Origin: Rhizobium sp. Q54
Lineage (GTDB): Bacteria; Pseudomonadota; Alphaproteobacteria; UBA828
Assembly: GCA_945902735.1 (NCBI GenBank)
Contig: CAMDNF010000002.1
Coordinates: 1,400 to 65,399 of the forward strand
Direction: 5' to 3'
Length of the DNA: 64,000 bases
Shown here one piece after another: positions 40,673 through 50,910 of the stretch (the stretch's first letter is position 1; every line of letters starts with the position of its first letter). A program made the position numbers and the translations under genes. Below the pieces are notes generated by a model, which saw nothing but the letters and a program-made list of their open reading frames with translations, was not told the origin of the DNA and made no database searches.

Positions 40673-41491
40673 ATGACCGAGAAAAAGCCCCGTGTCGGGC
40701 TGTTCGTCACCTGCCTCGTGGATCTGTTTCGCCCGAGCGTCGGTTTCGCCGCCGTCACGCTGATCGAGCGCGCCGGCTGCACGGTCGAGGTGCCCGAGGC
40801 GCAAACCTGCTGCGGCCAGCCGGCCTATAATTCGGGCGCGCGCCAGCACACGAAGGATATCGCCCGCCAGGTTATCGCGCTGTTCGAGGGTTATGACTAT
40901 GTGGTCGCGCCGTCCGGCAGTTGCGGCGGCATGATCAAGGCGCATTACCCCGATCTGTTCTCCGACGAGCCGTCATGGCACGCGCGCGCGGAGAAACTCG
41001 CGGCCAAAACCCATGAGCTGATCTCGTTCCTGGTCGATGTGCGCGGCATGAAAACGGTCGAGGCGCGCTTCGATGGCGCGGTCACCTACCATGATTCATG
41101 CTCAGGGCTGCGCGAGCTCAACGTTCACGCCCAACCGCGTAAGTTACTGGCGAGCGTCACCGGCCTCGCGCTGAAAGAATTGCCCGGCGCGCACATCTGC
41201 TGCGGCTTTGGCGGCACGTTTTGTATCAAATATCCTGAAATCTCGACTCGCATGGTGTCGGACAAGACCGCCGATATCGCCGCGACCGGCGCCGGCACGG
41301 TGCTTGCGGGTGATCTCGGCTGTTTGATGAACATGGCCGGGCGCTTGAGCCGCGAGGGCCGGCCGATCAAGGCGCGCCATGTCGCCGAAGTGCTGGCCGG
41401 CATGGGCGACCGTCCCGCGATCGGCGAGCCGGTTGTTCCTAATTCGCCGCATAAGCGGCGCGGCGCGGTCGCGCCGGCCAAATCTCGATGA
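40673..41491 (+). CDS. lutA: Lactate utilization protein A (Fe-S oxidoreductase, CCG domains)
   Basis: Duplicated Cys-rich CCG motifs (…VGLFVTCLVD…TCCGQPAYNSG… / …YHDSCSGLRELN…CCGFGG…). Confidence 0.8.
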   Translation: MTEKKPRVGLFVTCLVDLFRPSVGFAAVTLIERAGCTVEVPEAQTCCGQPAYNSGARQHTKDIARQVIALFEGYDYVVAPSGSCGGMIKAHYPDLFSDEPSWHARAEKLAAKTHELISFLVDVRGMKTVEARFDGAVTYHDSCSGLRELNVHAQPRKLLASVTGLALKELPGAHICCGFGGTFCIKYPEISTRMVSDKTADIAATGAGTVLAGDLGCLMNMAGRLSREGRPIKARHVAEVLAGMGDRPAIGEPVVPNSPHKRRGAVAPAKSR

Positions 41492-41537
41492 GTCAGGCTC
41501 ATCGAGATTTGGTGTAGGACCATACACGCACGCCGCC

Positions 41538-42938
41538 ATGGAGCCGCACAGCATCGACTTCAAAGAAGCCGCGAAGCGCGCGCTCGCCGATACCGAGCTG
41601 CAAAAATCGCTGAGCAGTTTCAAAGTCGGCTTTTCGCTGAAGCGTCTCGAAGCGATTCAAAAACTGCCGGAATTCGAAAATTTGCGCGATGAGGGCATCG
41701 CGATCAAACAACACACGCTCGCGCATCTCGATTTTTATTTGGGGCGCTTTGCCGAGAAGGTCGAAGCGGCCGGCGGCACGGTGCATTGGTGCCCGACACC
41801 CGATGATGGCCGCCGCGCGATTCTGGAAATCCTCCGCACCCATGGCGCCAAGACCGCGACCAAATCGAACTCGATGGTGGCGGAGGAATTGGGCCTCAAC
41901 GAATTCCTCGAAGCCAATGACATCGAGCCGGTCGAAACCGATCTCGGCGAATATATTATTCAACTCGCACATGAGCGGCCGAGCCACATTTTGGCGCCCG
42001 CCGTGCACAAGACCAAGGAGCAGGTCTCCGATCTTTTCTTCGAGCATCACAAGACGCGGCATTTGACCGAAGCGAGCGACATGGTGGCCGAGGCGCGGCA
42101 GTTTTTGCGCCCGCGTTATCTCGCGGCCGGCGCCGGTATTACGGGCGCGAATTTTCTGGTCGCCGAAACCGGCTCGATCGTGCTCGTGACCAATGAGGGT
42201 AATGCTGAGCTGACGCAGATTCTGCCCAAGGTTCATATTGTGCTCGCGACCGTCGAGAAGGTTGTCCCGACGCTCGAAGACGCCGCGACGCTGCTGCGGC
42301 TCCTCGCGCGCTCGGCCACGGGCCAGGAATTCGGCACCTATACGACGCTGGCGACCGGGCCGAAACAAATTGGCGATCAAGATGGGCCTGAGGCGTTTCA
42401 TGTCATTCTGCTCGACAATGGGCGCACGAAGATTCTTGGTGGCGAGTTTCGTGAGGTGCTGCGCTGTATCAAATGCGCGGCGTGCATGAACCATTGCCCG
42501 GTCTATTCCGCGGTCGGCGGCCATGCCTATGGCTGGGTCTATCCGGGGCCGATCGGCGCCGCGCTCGCGCCCAATTTGATCGGCCTCGAAGAAGCGCGCC
42601 ATTTGCCCAATGCCTCGACCTTTTGCGGGCGCTGCGAATCGGTCTGCCCGATGCGTATTCCGCTGCCCAAATTGATGCGCCAATGGCGCGAGCAGGAGCA
42701 CGAGAAAAAACTTTCGCCGCCGCGCTTTCGGCTCGGGCTCGATGCTTGGGCGTTCCTCGCCAAGCGCCCGGCGCTCTATGCTCTCGCGACCAAATTTGGC
42801 ATTGGTGTGTTGAGCGTCTTTGGCGGCGCCGGTCGCTTCAGCGCGCTGCCGCTGGCCTCGGGGTGGACCGCGACGCGCGATTTTCCGGCGCCCGAAGGCG
42901 CAACGTTCCGCGCCGCCTGGAAGAAGGCACGGGGCTGA
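41538..42938 (+). CDS. lutB: Lactate utilization protein B (Fe-S cluster-binding, DUF162/LUD + 4Fe-4S)
   Basis: …CIKCAACMNHCPVY…FCGRCESVCPM… ferredoxin motifs; ATG at 41538. Confidence 0.85.
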   Translation: MEPHSIDFKEAAKRALADTELQKSLSSFKVGFSLKRLEAIQKLPEFENLRDEGIAIKQHTLAHLDFYLGRFAEKVEAAGGTVHWCPTPDDGRRAILEILRTHGAKTATKSNSMVAEELGLNEFLEANDIEPVETDLGEYIIQLAHERPSHILAPAVHKTKEQVSDLFFEHHKTRHLTEASDMVAEARQFLRPRYLAAGAGITGANFLVAETGSIVLVTNEGNAELTQILPKVHIVLATVEKVVPTLEDAATLLRLLARSATGQEFGTYTTLATGPKQIGDQDGPEAFHVILLDNGRTKILGGEFREVLRCIKCAACMNHCPVYSAVGGHAYGWVYPGPIGAALAPNLIGLEEARHLPNASTFCGRCESVCPMRIPLPKLMRQWREQEHEKKLSPPRFRLGLDAWAFLAKRPALYALATKFGIGVLSVFGGAGRFSALPLASGWTATRDFPAPEGATFRAAWKKARG

Positions 42939-42939
42939 G

Positions 42940-44346
42940 ATGCCGGGATTGACCAGCGAGAATTTCCGCGCCAATTCGGTCAAGGCGCTGGCCAATCCGC
43001 AGCTGCAACGCGCGCTCGACAATATTCGGCGTGATTTCGTCGATTTTCGCGGCCGCGCGGTTGGTGAATTGCCGGAATATGATGAATTGAAGCGCCAGGC
43101 CATCGCGCTCAAGGATCATACGCTCGAAAACCTGGATTTCTATCTCGATGCCTTCGCGAACAATGTCGAGGCTTCGGGCGGTCATGTCCATTGGTGTCAG
43201 ACGGCGGGCGAAGCGCGCGAGGCGATCGTCGCGATTTGCAAGAAGCGCGGCGCCAAGACCATGGCCAAAGGCAAATCCATGGTCGGCGAGGAGATCGGGC
43301 TCAACGCCTATCTCGAGGCCGCCGGGTTGACCCCAATCGAAACCGATCTCGGCGAATATATCATTCAGATGCGCGGCGAAACGCCGAGCCATATCACGGC
43401 GCCCGCGATCCATCTGACCAAGGAAGATGTTGCCGATCTGTTTGCCGAGCGGCACAAGCGCCCGCGCAAGACCGAAATCCCGGCGCTGATCGCCGAGGCG
43501 CGAGAAATGTTGCGCCCGCGTTATCACGAGGCCGATATCGGCCTCACGGGCGCGAATTTTTTGATCGCAGAAACCGGCTCAAGCATGATCATCACGAACG
43601 AGGGCAATGGCGATCTGTCGCAAGTCTTGCCGCACACACACATCGTGCTGGCCAGCATCGACAAAATCGTGCCGACCATTGAGGACGCGCTAACGGTCGC
43701 GCGCATTTTGGCGCGTACCTCATCGGGCCAGGAATTCACGGTCTACAACACGTTTTCAACCGGCGCGCGCCAGCCCGGCGATTTGGACGGGCCGGAGGAA
43801 TTCCACGTCGTGTTGCTCGATAATGGTCGCAGCGCCCTGATGGGCACCAAGCAACAGGCGATGTTGCGGTGCATAAGGTGCGCGGCGTGCCTCAATCATT
43901 GCCCGGTCTATAAATCAGTCGGCGGGCACGCTTATGGCGCGGTCTATACCGGGCCGATGGGCGCGGTTCTGACGCCCACCATGGTCGGCCTCGACAAAGC
44001 GGGGCCGCTGCCCAATGCCTCGACCTTTTGCGGGCGCTGCGAATCGGTGTGCCCGATGGGCATTCCGCTGCCGGCTCTCATGCGCGATTGGCGCGAGCGC
44101 GAATTCGAACGCGCCGAGGCGCTGGCCACATTGCGAAAAGGCATCAATGCGTGGGCCTATTTGGCCAAACGCCCGATGCTCTATGCGCTCGCGACGCGGT
44201 TTGCCGCTGTCGCGCTCAAACTATTGGGCGGGCAACGTGGACGATTGGCCAGCCTGCCGCTCGGCGCGGGGTGGACCGCGACGCGTGATTTTCCGGCGCC
44301 CGAGGGCGCAACATTTCGCGCGCAATGGCGGCGCGCCAGGGGGTGA
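42940..44346 (+). CDS. Second LutB paralog (Fe-S cluster-binding lactate utilization protein B)
   Basis: Collinear with the upstream LutB and clearly similar (…CIRCAACLNHCPVY…FCGRCESVCPM…WTATRDFPAPEGATFRA…). It starts 2 nt after the first lutB stop. Confidence 0.85.
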   Translation: MPGLTSENFRANSVKALANPQLQRALDNIRRDFVDFRGRAVGELPEYDELKRQAIALKDHTLENLDFYLDAFANNVEASGGHVHWCQTAGEAREAIVAICKKRGAKTMAKGKSMVGEEIGLNAYLEAAGLTPIETDLGEYIIQMRGETPSHITAPAIHLTKEDVADLFAERHKRPRKTEIPALIAEAREMLRPRYHEADIGLTGANFLIAETGSSMIITNEGNGDLSQVLPHTHIVLASIDKIVPTIEDALTVARILARTSSGQEFTVYNTFSTGARQPGDLDGPEEFHVVLLDNGRSALMGTKQQAMLRCIRCAACLNHCPVYKSVGGHAYGAVYTGPMGAVLTPTMVGLDKAGPLPNASTFCGRCESVCPMGIPLPALMRDWREREFERAEALATLRKGINAWAYLAKRPMLYALATRFAAVALKLLGGQRGRLASLPLGAGWTATRDFPAPEGATFRAQWRRARG

Positions 44347-44348
44347 GT

Positions 44349-45017
44349 ATGAGTAGCGGTCGAGCGGCGATCCTCGGCAATATTCAACGCGCGCTCGGGC
44401 GCGGCGAATTGAAGGGCGAGGCGCGCGCCTCATGCGAGGCGCGGCTGAAGAATCACGCGCGAAATCTTATTCCCGCGCGTGGGCAATTGCCGCGAGAGGA
44501 ACAAATCGCGTTGTTCATTCGCATGGCCCTGGCGGTGAAGGCCAGCGTCTCGCGCGTCGCCAAGGCTGACGACGTGCCCGAGGCGGTGGTCGCTTATTTG
44601 AAGGGCCAGAATCTGCCGGCCGATGTGATCATGGCGCCAGACCCCGCGCTTGATCGCTATGGTTGGTCGAGCCAGAAAATGCTCGCGATCCGCCGCGGCA
44701 AGCCCTTGGATGCGGATCAAGTTGGCGTCACCGGCGCGGTATGCGGCATTGCCGAAACCGGCACGTTGATGATGGCATCAAGCCCTGAGCACCCGACCAC
44801 GCTCAATTTCATGCCCGAGACGCATGTGGTCGTGCTGCGCGCCGCGCAAATGGTTGGCGCTTATGAAGAAGGATTCGATATGTTGCGCGCCAAGGGCGCC
44901 ATGCCGCGCACGGTGAATTTGATCACCGGCCCATCGCGCACCGGCGACATCGAGCAAAAGATCGAGCTCGGCGCGCACGGCCCGCGCCGGCTGCATATTG
45001 TGATCGTGGATGATTGA
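44349..45017 (+). CDS. lutC: Lactate utilization protein C (LUD domain)
   Basis: MSSGRAAILGNIQRALGR…; position after lutB. Confidence 0.75.
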   Translation: MSSGRAAILGNIQRALGRGELKGEARASCEARLKNHARNLIPARGQLPREEQIALFIRMALAVKASVSRVAKADDVPEAVVAYLKGQNLPADVIMAPDPALDRYGWSSQKMLAIRRGKPLDADQVGVTGAVCGIAETGTLMMASSPEHPTTLNFMPETHVVVLRAAQMVGAYEEGFDMLRAKGAMPRTVNLITGPSRTGDIEQKIELGAHGPRRLHIVIVDD

Positions 45018-45023
45018 TGGTGT

Positions 45024-45575
45024 ATGGGGAAGCGGAAACTCAGTGATGAAGACCGCGCGCTTTGGCAGCGTATCGCGGCCAATGTCGAGCCGCTGAAGCG
45101 CGTCACCACGCGCGTCGCGACCAAACCACCGGCACCATCAATCACGCCGGCAAAACCGTCGCGCGCCCGTCTCAAGCCCGATCTCGCGCCGGCAACGCCA
45201 ATTCGTGCGCCCTCACCGCCGCCGGCGGTCGTGATCAGCGCGCCGCCCAATGCGTCCGGTATTGACCGACGCACTACGTCGAAACTCCGAAGGGGCCACA
45301 TCGCGATCGAAGGCAAGCTCGATCTGCACGGCATGACTCAGCGCGAAGCGCATGACGCGCTCAACCGCTTCATCGCCGGAAGCCAGGAGCGCGGCAAACG
45401 CTGCGTGCTGGTGGTGACGGGCGTTGGCAAATCGGGCGTCGGCGTGTTGCGCGGCGCCGTGCCACGTTGGCTCGCCGAGGCTTCTTTATGCGACGCCGTG
45501 ATGAGCTTCGCGCCGGCCGAGCCCAATCATGGCGGCCAAGGCGCGCTCTATGTGTTGCTCCGGAAGAAGCGGTAG
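45024..45575 (+). CDS. Smr-domain protein
   Basis: …LDLHGMTQREAHDALNRFIAGSQERGKRCVLVVTGVG… Smr (MutS2 C-terminal-like) domain. Confidence 0.75.
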   Translation: MGKRKLSDEDRALWQRIAANVEPLKRVTTRVATKPPAPSITPAKPSRARLKPDLAPATPIRAPSPPPAVVISAPPNASGIDRRTTSKLRRGHIAIEGKLDLHGMTQREAHDALNRFIAGSQERGKRCVLVVTGVGKSGVGVLRGAVPRWLAEASLCDAVMSFAPAEPNHGGQGALYVLLRKKR

Positions 45576-45601
45576 CGCACCAAGCCAACCAAACTCTCAG
45601 C

Positions 45602-45677
45602 CGTCATGCCCGGCCTTGAGCCGGGCATCCAGGCCAACAGAAATCCTGGATTGCCGGGTCGAGCCCGGCAATGACGA
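45602..45677. repeat. Inverted pair of REP-like units (GTCATGCCCGGC…GCCGGGCATCCAGG / CCTGGATTGCCGGG…CCCGGCAATGACG)
   Basis: Two ~32-bp units in opposite orientation, separated by ccaacagaaat. Each unit is itself a hairpin (atgcccggc-cttga-gccgggcat; ttgccggg-tcga-gcccggcaa). The units differ by compensatory substitutions. Confidence 0.55.
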
Positions 45678-45735
45678 ATGAGGGAAGGGGACGTCTACAA
45701 AATAAAATTGCTCAGAATGAAAGAAGTGTAGGGCG

Positions 45736-46347
45736 TCAACCGCCCTTAAGCTCAAGCATGATCTCATTGCGCCGCAGGAACCACGGCGTAAACGGCGGGT
45801 CGTAGCGCGCCCAGATGGGCTCTCCGACCGTTTCAAGATTTTCGCGCGCCATCGCCGCCCTGAGCTTGGCGAGTTGCTCCTCATAGAGGCTCTGCGACGA
45901 TGTGCCGGAATAACGGATCGCGGCAAAGCGCTGTGCCGGCATGGCCCGAAGCGTGATGGTGGGGTCATCCGGCTTCGGCAATGTGGAAAGCGTGAATGAA
46001 CCGGGCATGACGAACTGCATCACAATGCCGCCATCGCGGTTCTGTTGGGTGACCGGGGCGGTCATGGCGATTTTCTGTGGCGTCGTGGTCACCGGCGCGG
46101 TCATCGAAATTTCCTGCGCGCCCGAATTCTTGCCGCTGATATAGTCGAACAACCGACGGAACCCGGCATTGCTGGCAGTCTCGACGTCGCCTTGCATCAC
46201 CGTCTCGGCCGCGACATAGGGCGCGTAATCGCGCAGCTCGAAATCCTCGAACGCGCGGCTCACAGTATAGGCCGGCTGCTCATAGGCCGAGCTACAGCCC
46301 ACCAGCGCCAAGACAAACGCAAACACGATGGAGGTCCTTTTGCCCAT
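45736..46347 (-). CDS. SOUL heme-binding-family lipoprotein
   Basis: Signal peptide + lipobox (FVLALVGCSS), and SOUL/HBP-family sequence (…YEQPAYTVSRAFEDFELRDYAP…). Confidence 0.75.
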   Translation of the reverse strand: MGKRTSIVFAFVLALVGCSSAYEQPAYTVSRAFEDFELRDYAPYVAAETVMQGDVETASNAGFRRLFDYISGKNSGAQEISMTAPVTTTPQKIAMTAPVTQQNRDGGIVMQFVMPGSFTLSTLPKPDDPTITLRAMPAQRFAAIRYSGTSSQSLYEEQLAKLRAAMARENLETVGEPIWARYDPPFTPWFLRRNEIMLELKGG

Positions 46348-46460
46348 GACGGGGCTCCGATCCTATAGGCGATATAGGTGATAGGCCCTGCCCCGGCGAG
46401 CGGATCACCAAAATTTCAAAATCAGACATGTGTCGCGCGAGCTTAACCGGACAGCCGTGG

Positions 46461-46530
46461 GTCAAGCCTGGCAATGACGAAAAGCAGAACGAAGAAGAGA
46501 GGGCCGACCTCTACAAAATAAACTTGCTCA
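46461..46530. repeat. Partial REP unit + hslU 3'-end motif (second copy of the segment at 45664-45717)
   Basis: …gcctggcaatgacgaa…gagggccgacctctacaaaataaacttgctca (it encodes the hslU C-terminus KFIL*), versus 45664-45717 …gcccggcaatgacgaatgagggaaggggacgtctacaaaataaaattgctca. Confidence 0.5.
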
Positions 46531-47827
46531 AATCCGCGTTCTTGGCGAGCGCGCCGACATGCTCGCGCACATAGGCGCCATCGATCAGCGCGATGGTGCC
46601 GCTCTTCTCGCTGGCATCGAAACTGACGTCTTCCAGCAGTTTTTCCATCACGGTGTGGAGCCGTCGCGCGCCGATATTCTCGACCGAGCGATTCACCTCG
46701 GCGGCCAGGTCGGCGATCGTATCGAGCGCGTCAGCCGTGATGTCGAGCGTGACCTCCTCGGTCTTCATCAGGGCGACATATTGCTTGAGCAAACTATTCT
46801 CGGGCTCGGTCAGAATGCGCTTCAGATCGTCGCGGCTGAGCGCCTTCAGCTCCACGCGGATGGGCAGGCGCCCTTGAAGTTCCGGCAATAGGTCGGACGG
46901 CTTGGCGAGGTGAAACGCGCCCGAGGCGATGAAGAGAATATGATCGGTTCTCACCGTGCCGTGCTTGGTCGAGACCGGCGTGCCTTCGATCAGGGGCAAC
47001 AGATCGCGCTGCACGCCCTCGCGGCTAACGTCGCCGCCAATGCGATGCTCGCCGCCACGGCCGCAAATCTTGTCGATCTCATCGATGAAGACGATGCCGT
47101 GATTCTCGACCCGCTCGATCGCCGCGCGCACCACGCGCTCATTGTCCAACAGCTTGTCGCTCTCCTCGGCGATCAACAGCTCATAGGAATCGGCGACGCT
47201 GAGCTTTTTCTTTTTGGTGCGCCCGCCAAAGGCTTTGCCGAGCATATCGCCCAGATTCAGCATGCCCATCTGCGCGCCCGGCATGCCGGGCACTTCGAAG
47301 GTGGGGAGAGTCGGTGCGGTGTTATCGCCGACCTCAAGCTCGATCTCCTTTTCGGCGAACTCGCCATCGCGTAGGCGTTTCCTGAATTTCGTGCGGGTCT
47401 CGGCGCTGGCGCCCTCGCCGACCAGCACGTCAAGCACGCGCTCCTCGGCGGCAAGCTCGGCCTTGGCGGTCACTTCCCTCCGCATCGAATCGCGCTGCAT
47501 ATGGATGCCGATTTCGAGAAGGTCGCGCACGATCTGCTCAACATCGCGGCCGACATAACCAACCTCGGTGAATTTGGTCGCCTCGACCTTGATGAACGGC
47601 GCCTGGGCGAGCCGTGCGAGGCGCCGCGCGATTTCGGTTTTGCCCACGCCGGTCGGCCCGATCATCAGAATATTTTTCGGCATCACCTCTTCGCGCAATT
47701 CGGGCATGAGCTGCTGGCGGCGCCAGCGATTGCGTAGCGCGATGGCGACCGCGCGTTTGGCCTCGCGCTGGCCAACGATGAAGCGGTCGAGCTCGGAAAC
47801 GATCTCGCGGGGGCTGAATGAACTCAC
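46511..47827 (-). CDS. hslU: ATP-dependent protease ATPase subunit HslU
   Basis: …[15 protein letters not shown]…, Walker [19 protein letters not shown]-terminal …KFIL. Probable GTG start at 47827, 14 nt after the hslV stop. Confidence 0.9.
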   Translation of the reverse strand: MSSFSPREIVSELDRFIVGQREAKRAVAIALRNRWRRQQLMPELREEVMPKNILMIGPTGVGKTEIARRLARLAQAPFIKVEATKFTEVGYVGRDVEQIVRDLLEIGIHMQRDSMRREVTAKAELAAEERVLDVLVGEGASAETRTKFRKRLRDGEFAEKEIELEVGDNTAPTLPTFEVPGMPGAQMGMLNLGDMLGKAFGGRTKKKKLSVADSYELLIAEESDKLLDNERVVRAAIERVENHGIVFIDEIDKICGRGGEHRIGGDVSREGVQRDLLPLIEGTPVSTKHGTVRTDHILFIASGAFHLAKPSDLLPELQGRLPIRVELKALSRDDLKRILTEPENSLLKQYVALMKTEEVTLDITADALDTIADLAAEVNRSVENIGARRLHTVMEKLLEDVSFDASEKSGTIALIDGAYVREHVGALAKNADLSKFIL

Positions 47828-47841
47828 GGTTTTTGCTTGTC

Positions 47842-48396
47842 CTATTTGGGCAGGCGCTCGATCAGGATCGAGCGATTGGTGTAGATGCAAAGATCGGCGG
47901 CGATGCCCATGGCCTTTTTGGCGATGGTCTCGGCATCGAACGAATCGATATCAATCAAGGCGCGCGCGGCGGCCAACGCATAGGCGCCGCCCGACCCAAT
48001 GCCGATCAAGCCATCCTCGGGCTCCAGCACGTCGCCCATGCCGGTCAGAACGAGCGAGGTGCCCTCATCGGCGACCGCCATCATGGCTTCGAGCCGGCGC
48101 AGATAACGATCCGTGCGCCAATCCTTGGCGAGCTCGACACAGGCGCGGGTGAGTTGGGCCGGGTATTGTTCGAGCTTGGCCTCGAGCCGCTCGAAGAGGG
48201 TGAAGGCATCGGCGGTTGCGCCGGCAAAGCCCGCGATCACCGAGCCATCGCCCAAGCGCCGCACTTTCCGCGCGTTCGATTTGAGCACGATCGTGCCGAG
48301 CGTGACCTGGCCATCGCCCGCGATCACCACCTCGCGGCCCTTGCGGATGGAGAGGATGGTGGTGCCGTGGGCGACGGGCGGGCGGTTTTCCGACAT
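47842..48396 (-). CDS. hslV: ATP-dependent protease subunit HslV
   Basis: …[25 protein letters not shown]… with the catalytic Thr after the propeptide. ATG at 48396. Confidence 0.9.
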   Translation of the reverse strand: MSENRPPVAHGTTILSIRKGREVVIAGDGQVTLGTIVLKSNARKVRRLGDGSVIAGFAGATADAFTLFERLEAKLEQYPAQLTRACVELAKDWRTDRYLRRLEAMMAVADEGTSLVLTGMGDVLEPEDGLIGIGSGGAYALAAARALIDIDSFDAETIAKKAMGIAADLCIYTNRSILIERLPK

Positions 48397-48588
48397 GGCG
48401 ACTCCTGGGCGACTCCTGGGCGACACCCGGGGGTGGGCGAGGCCCTAGGATGTAGAGGGGCGGGCCGCCGCATTCAAGGCCAAGGCCGCGACGCTGGGCC
48501 GGAGGGGGTGGCGCGGCGGGGCGCGACTTGGTACAAGGAGCCCTCTTTAAAGCCCCGATCCGAGCGGGTGCCAACCGATTCCTGTGCC

Positions 48589-49206
48589 ATGACCGTCACA
48601 TCACGCCGGGCCCGCGTCGAGCGGGTCACCAAGGAAACCAATATTTCGGTCGAGCTCGATCTCGACGGCACCGGCCGTTATGAGATTTCGACCGGCATCG
48701 GCTTTCTCGATCACATGCTGGAGCAGCTCTCGCGCCACAGCCTGATTGACCTTGTGTGTCGCGCGAAGGGCGATCTACACATCGATTTCCACCACACGAC
48801 CGAAGATACCGGCATCGCGATTGGCGAGGCGGTCTCGCAGGCGCTCGGCGATCGGCGCGGCATCAGGCGCTATGGCGCGGCCATCATTCCGATGGATGAA
48901 ACCTGCTCGCGCGTCTCGCTCGATGTGTCGAACCGGCCCTATTTGATTTGGAAGGTACGGTTCGAGCGGCCAAAGCTCGGCGAAATGGATACGGAACTGT
49001 TCAAGGAATGGTTCCAAGCTTTCGCACAGGCCGCCGGCATCACGCTCCACATTGAAAATATCTATGGCGAGAATGCCCATCACATCGTCGAATCCTGCTT
49101 CAAGGGGCTGGCGCGCGCGTTGCGCGAGGCAACCGAGCTCGATCAGCGGGCGCTCGCCGCGGTGCCCTCGACCAAAGGCACGCTGACCGGCTCGCTCAAG
49201 AGCTAG
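48589..49206 (+). CDS. hisB: Imidazoleglycerol-phosphate dehydratase
   Basis: [29 protein letters not shown]…GFLDHML…[10 protein letters not shown]… The ORF-track entry 47818..49206 is this gene with a spurious upstream extension antisense to hslV. Confidence 0.9.
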   Translation: MTVTSRRARVERVTKETNISVELDLDGTGRYEISTGIGFLDHMLEQLSRHSLIDLVCRAKGDLHIDFHHTTEDTGIAIGEAVSQALGDRRGIRRYGAAIIPMDETCSRVSLDVSNRPYLIWKVRFERPKLGEMDTELFKEWFQAFAQAAGITLHIENIYGENAHHIVESCFKGLARALREATELDQRALAAVPSTKGTLTGSLKS

Positions 49207-49210
49207 GTCC

Positions 49211-49705
49211 ATGCGCCTTTACGCGATCTACCGCCCGAGCTTCGCCCGAAGCAGCGGCGTGGGTGCCGAAGGCCCCATTGACGCCACCTCAGCGCGCGAC
49301 CTTGTGCTGGTGCGCGAGGGCTTCGATTGGCTCGCGTTTTTCTTTGCGCCCTTTCATGCGATTGGCTGCGGCGCGTGGACGGCCGCCCTCGGCACACTTG
49401 CCCTGCTGGCGGTCACGATTGGCGTGCCTGAGCTGCTCGACCTCGATCCGCTCGCGCGCGTTCTGGCCGTGCTGGGCGGGCAAATTCTCTGCGGTGTATC
49501 GGCCCATGATGTGCGGCGTCTTTCGCTCGAGGCGCGTGGTTTCACGCTGATTGATGTGATCGCCGGGGCGGATCGCGCGCACGCGCTCATCCGCTTGGTC
49601 GAGCGCCAGGTCAGCCCGCCATCGATGCCGCCCGAAGCGCCGCATGTACCAACACGGCGATCGCCGCCGTTCGATCTCGGCCCATCGCCGGGTTTCTGGT
49701 CATGA
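49211..49705 (+). CDS. DUF2628-like membrane protein (conserved between hisB and hisH in alphaproteobacteria)
   Basis: Two hydrophobic segments; position inside the his cluster. Confidence 0.5.
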   Translation: MRLYAIYRPSFARSSGVGAEGPIDATSARDLVLVREGFDWLAFFFAPFHAIGCGAWTAALGTLALLAVTIGVPELLDLDPLARVLAVLGGQILCGVSAHDVRRLSLEARGFTLIDVIAGADRAHALIRLVERQVSPPSMPPEAPHVPTRRSPPFDLGPSPGFWS

Positions 49706-50346
49706 AGGTCGCGATCATCGATTATGGCTCGGGCAATCTGCGGTCGGCGGCGAAGGCGTTTGAGCGCGCGGCGCGCGATAGTGCGCGTGACGCCGCGATC
49801 GAGGTGACGGGCGATGCCGCGGCCTTGAAAAACGCGAGCCATATCGTGCTGCCCGGCGTCGGCGCGTTCGCCGATTGTCGCGCCGGGCTCAAACGCTTGC
49901 CCGGCCTGTGGGAAGCGCTCGACGAAGCCGTGACGCGCCAGGGCAAACCTTTTCTCGGAATCTGCGTTGGCATGCAATTGATGGCGCGCGTCGGGCGCGA
50001 ACATGGCATGCATCAGGGCTTCGGTTGGATCGATGGCGAGGTGATCCACCTCCAGCCCAGCGATGCCTCGCTCAAAGTGCCGCATATGGGTTGGAACGAT
50101 CTCAAGATCGCGGCGCCCAATCATCCGGTGCTGCGTGGTATTGCGAGTGGTGAACACGCCTATTTCGTGCACAGCTATCACCTCGCAATGACGACCGGCT
50201 CGGCCGCGTTGGCGAACGTGGATTATGGCGGTTCGGTCACGGCGATCGTGGGACGCGATAATATGGTGGGTACACAATTTCACCCCGAGAAAAGCCAAGC
50301 GCTCGGACTAAAACTGATCGCGAATTTCTTGGCCTGGCAGGCCTGA
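49702..50346 (+). CDS. hisH: Imidazole glycerol phosphate synthase, glutamine amidotransferase subunit
   Basis: [15 protein letters not shown]…, catalytic GICVGMQ, and …[10 protein letters not shown]. Confidence 0.9.
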   Translation: MKVAIIDYGSGNLRSAAKAFERAARDSARDAAIEVTGDAAALKNASHIVLPGVGAFADCRAGLKRLPGLWEALDEAVTRQGKPFLGICVGMQLMARVGREHGMHQGFGWIDGEVIHLQPSDASLKVPHMGWNDLKIAAPNHPVLRGIASGEHAYFVHSYHLAMTTGSAALANVDYGGSVTAIVGRDNMVGTQFHPEKSQALGLKLIANFLAWQA

Positions 50347-50357
50347 GGGTTGGATCG

Positions 50358-50891
50358 ATGGCGGAACAGGAAACCAAGGCAAAAATAAGCGTCGAGAAGG
50401 TCACGACGCTCAATCGGCGTGATCTTAGCGACCTCTGCGACGCGGCGGCCGCGGCGATCATGGATGGCGCGGGCTTTGGCTGGGTGCGCGCGCCCGAGCG
50501 CGATATTTTCGAACGCTATTGGCGCGGCGTGTTGATCATTCCCGAACGCACGTTGTTTTTGGCGAAGCTCGATGATGTGGTCGCCGGCTCGATCCAATTG
50601 GTCAGCCCGCCGCGTCAGAAAGAAGCCTGGGCGCATGCCTGCCTGGTCGATACGCATTTCGTCGCGCCCTGGGCGCGCGGCCATGGTTTGGCCCGCGCTT
50701 TGCTCGAGGCCGCCATCGCCGACGCCCGTGAACGCGGCTTTGAAGTGATGAACCTCTCGGTGCGTGAAACGCAAAGCGCCGCGATCACGCTCTATGAGGG
50801 CATGAGCTTCAAACGCTGGGGCCGGCATTCCCAATATGCCAAGGTCGGCGGCGCGTTGATCGCCGGCCTCTATTATTCAAAAGACCTCTGA
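50358..50891 (+). CDS. GNAT-family N-acetyltransferase
   Basis: …[34 protein letters not shown]… acetyl-CoA-binding motif; inserted between hisH and hisA. Confidence 0.7.
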   Translation: MAEQETKAKISVEKVTTLNRRDLSDLCDAAAAAIMDGAGFGWVRAPERDIFERYWRGVLIIPERTLFLAKLDDVVAGSIQLVSPPRQKEAWAHACLVDTHFVAPWARGHGLARALLEAAIADARERGFEVMNLSVRETQSAAITLYEGMSFKRWGRHSQYAKVGGALIAGLYYSKDL

Positions 50892-50910
50892 CACGGTACG
50901 TGGTCGCGCG

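Noticed and set aside
41499-43112. 537-aa minus-strand ORF
   Set aside because: Antisense to lutB/lutB'. Arg-rich low-complexity translation.
47818-48588. 5' extension of the 462-aa plus-strand ORF 47818..49206
   Set aside because: Only the in-frame portion from the ATG at 48589 matches HisB. The upstream 770 nt is antisense to hslV and is GC-rich read-through typical of high-GC genomes.
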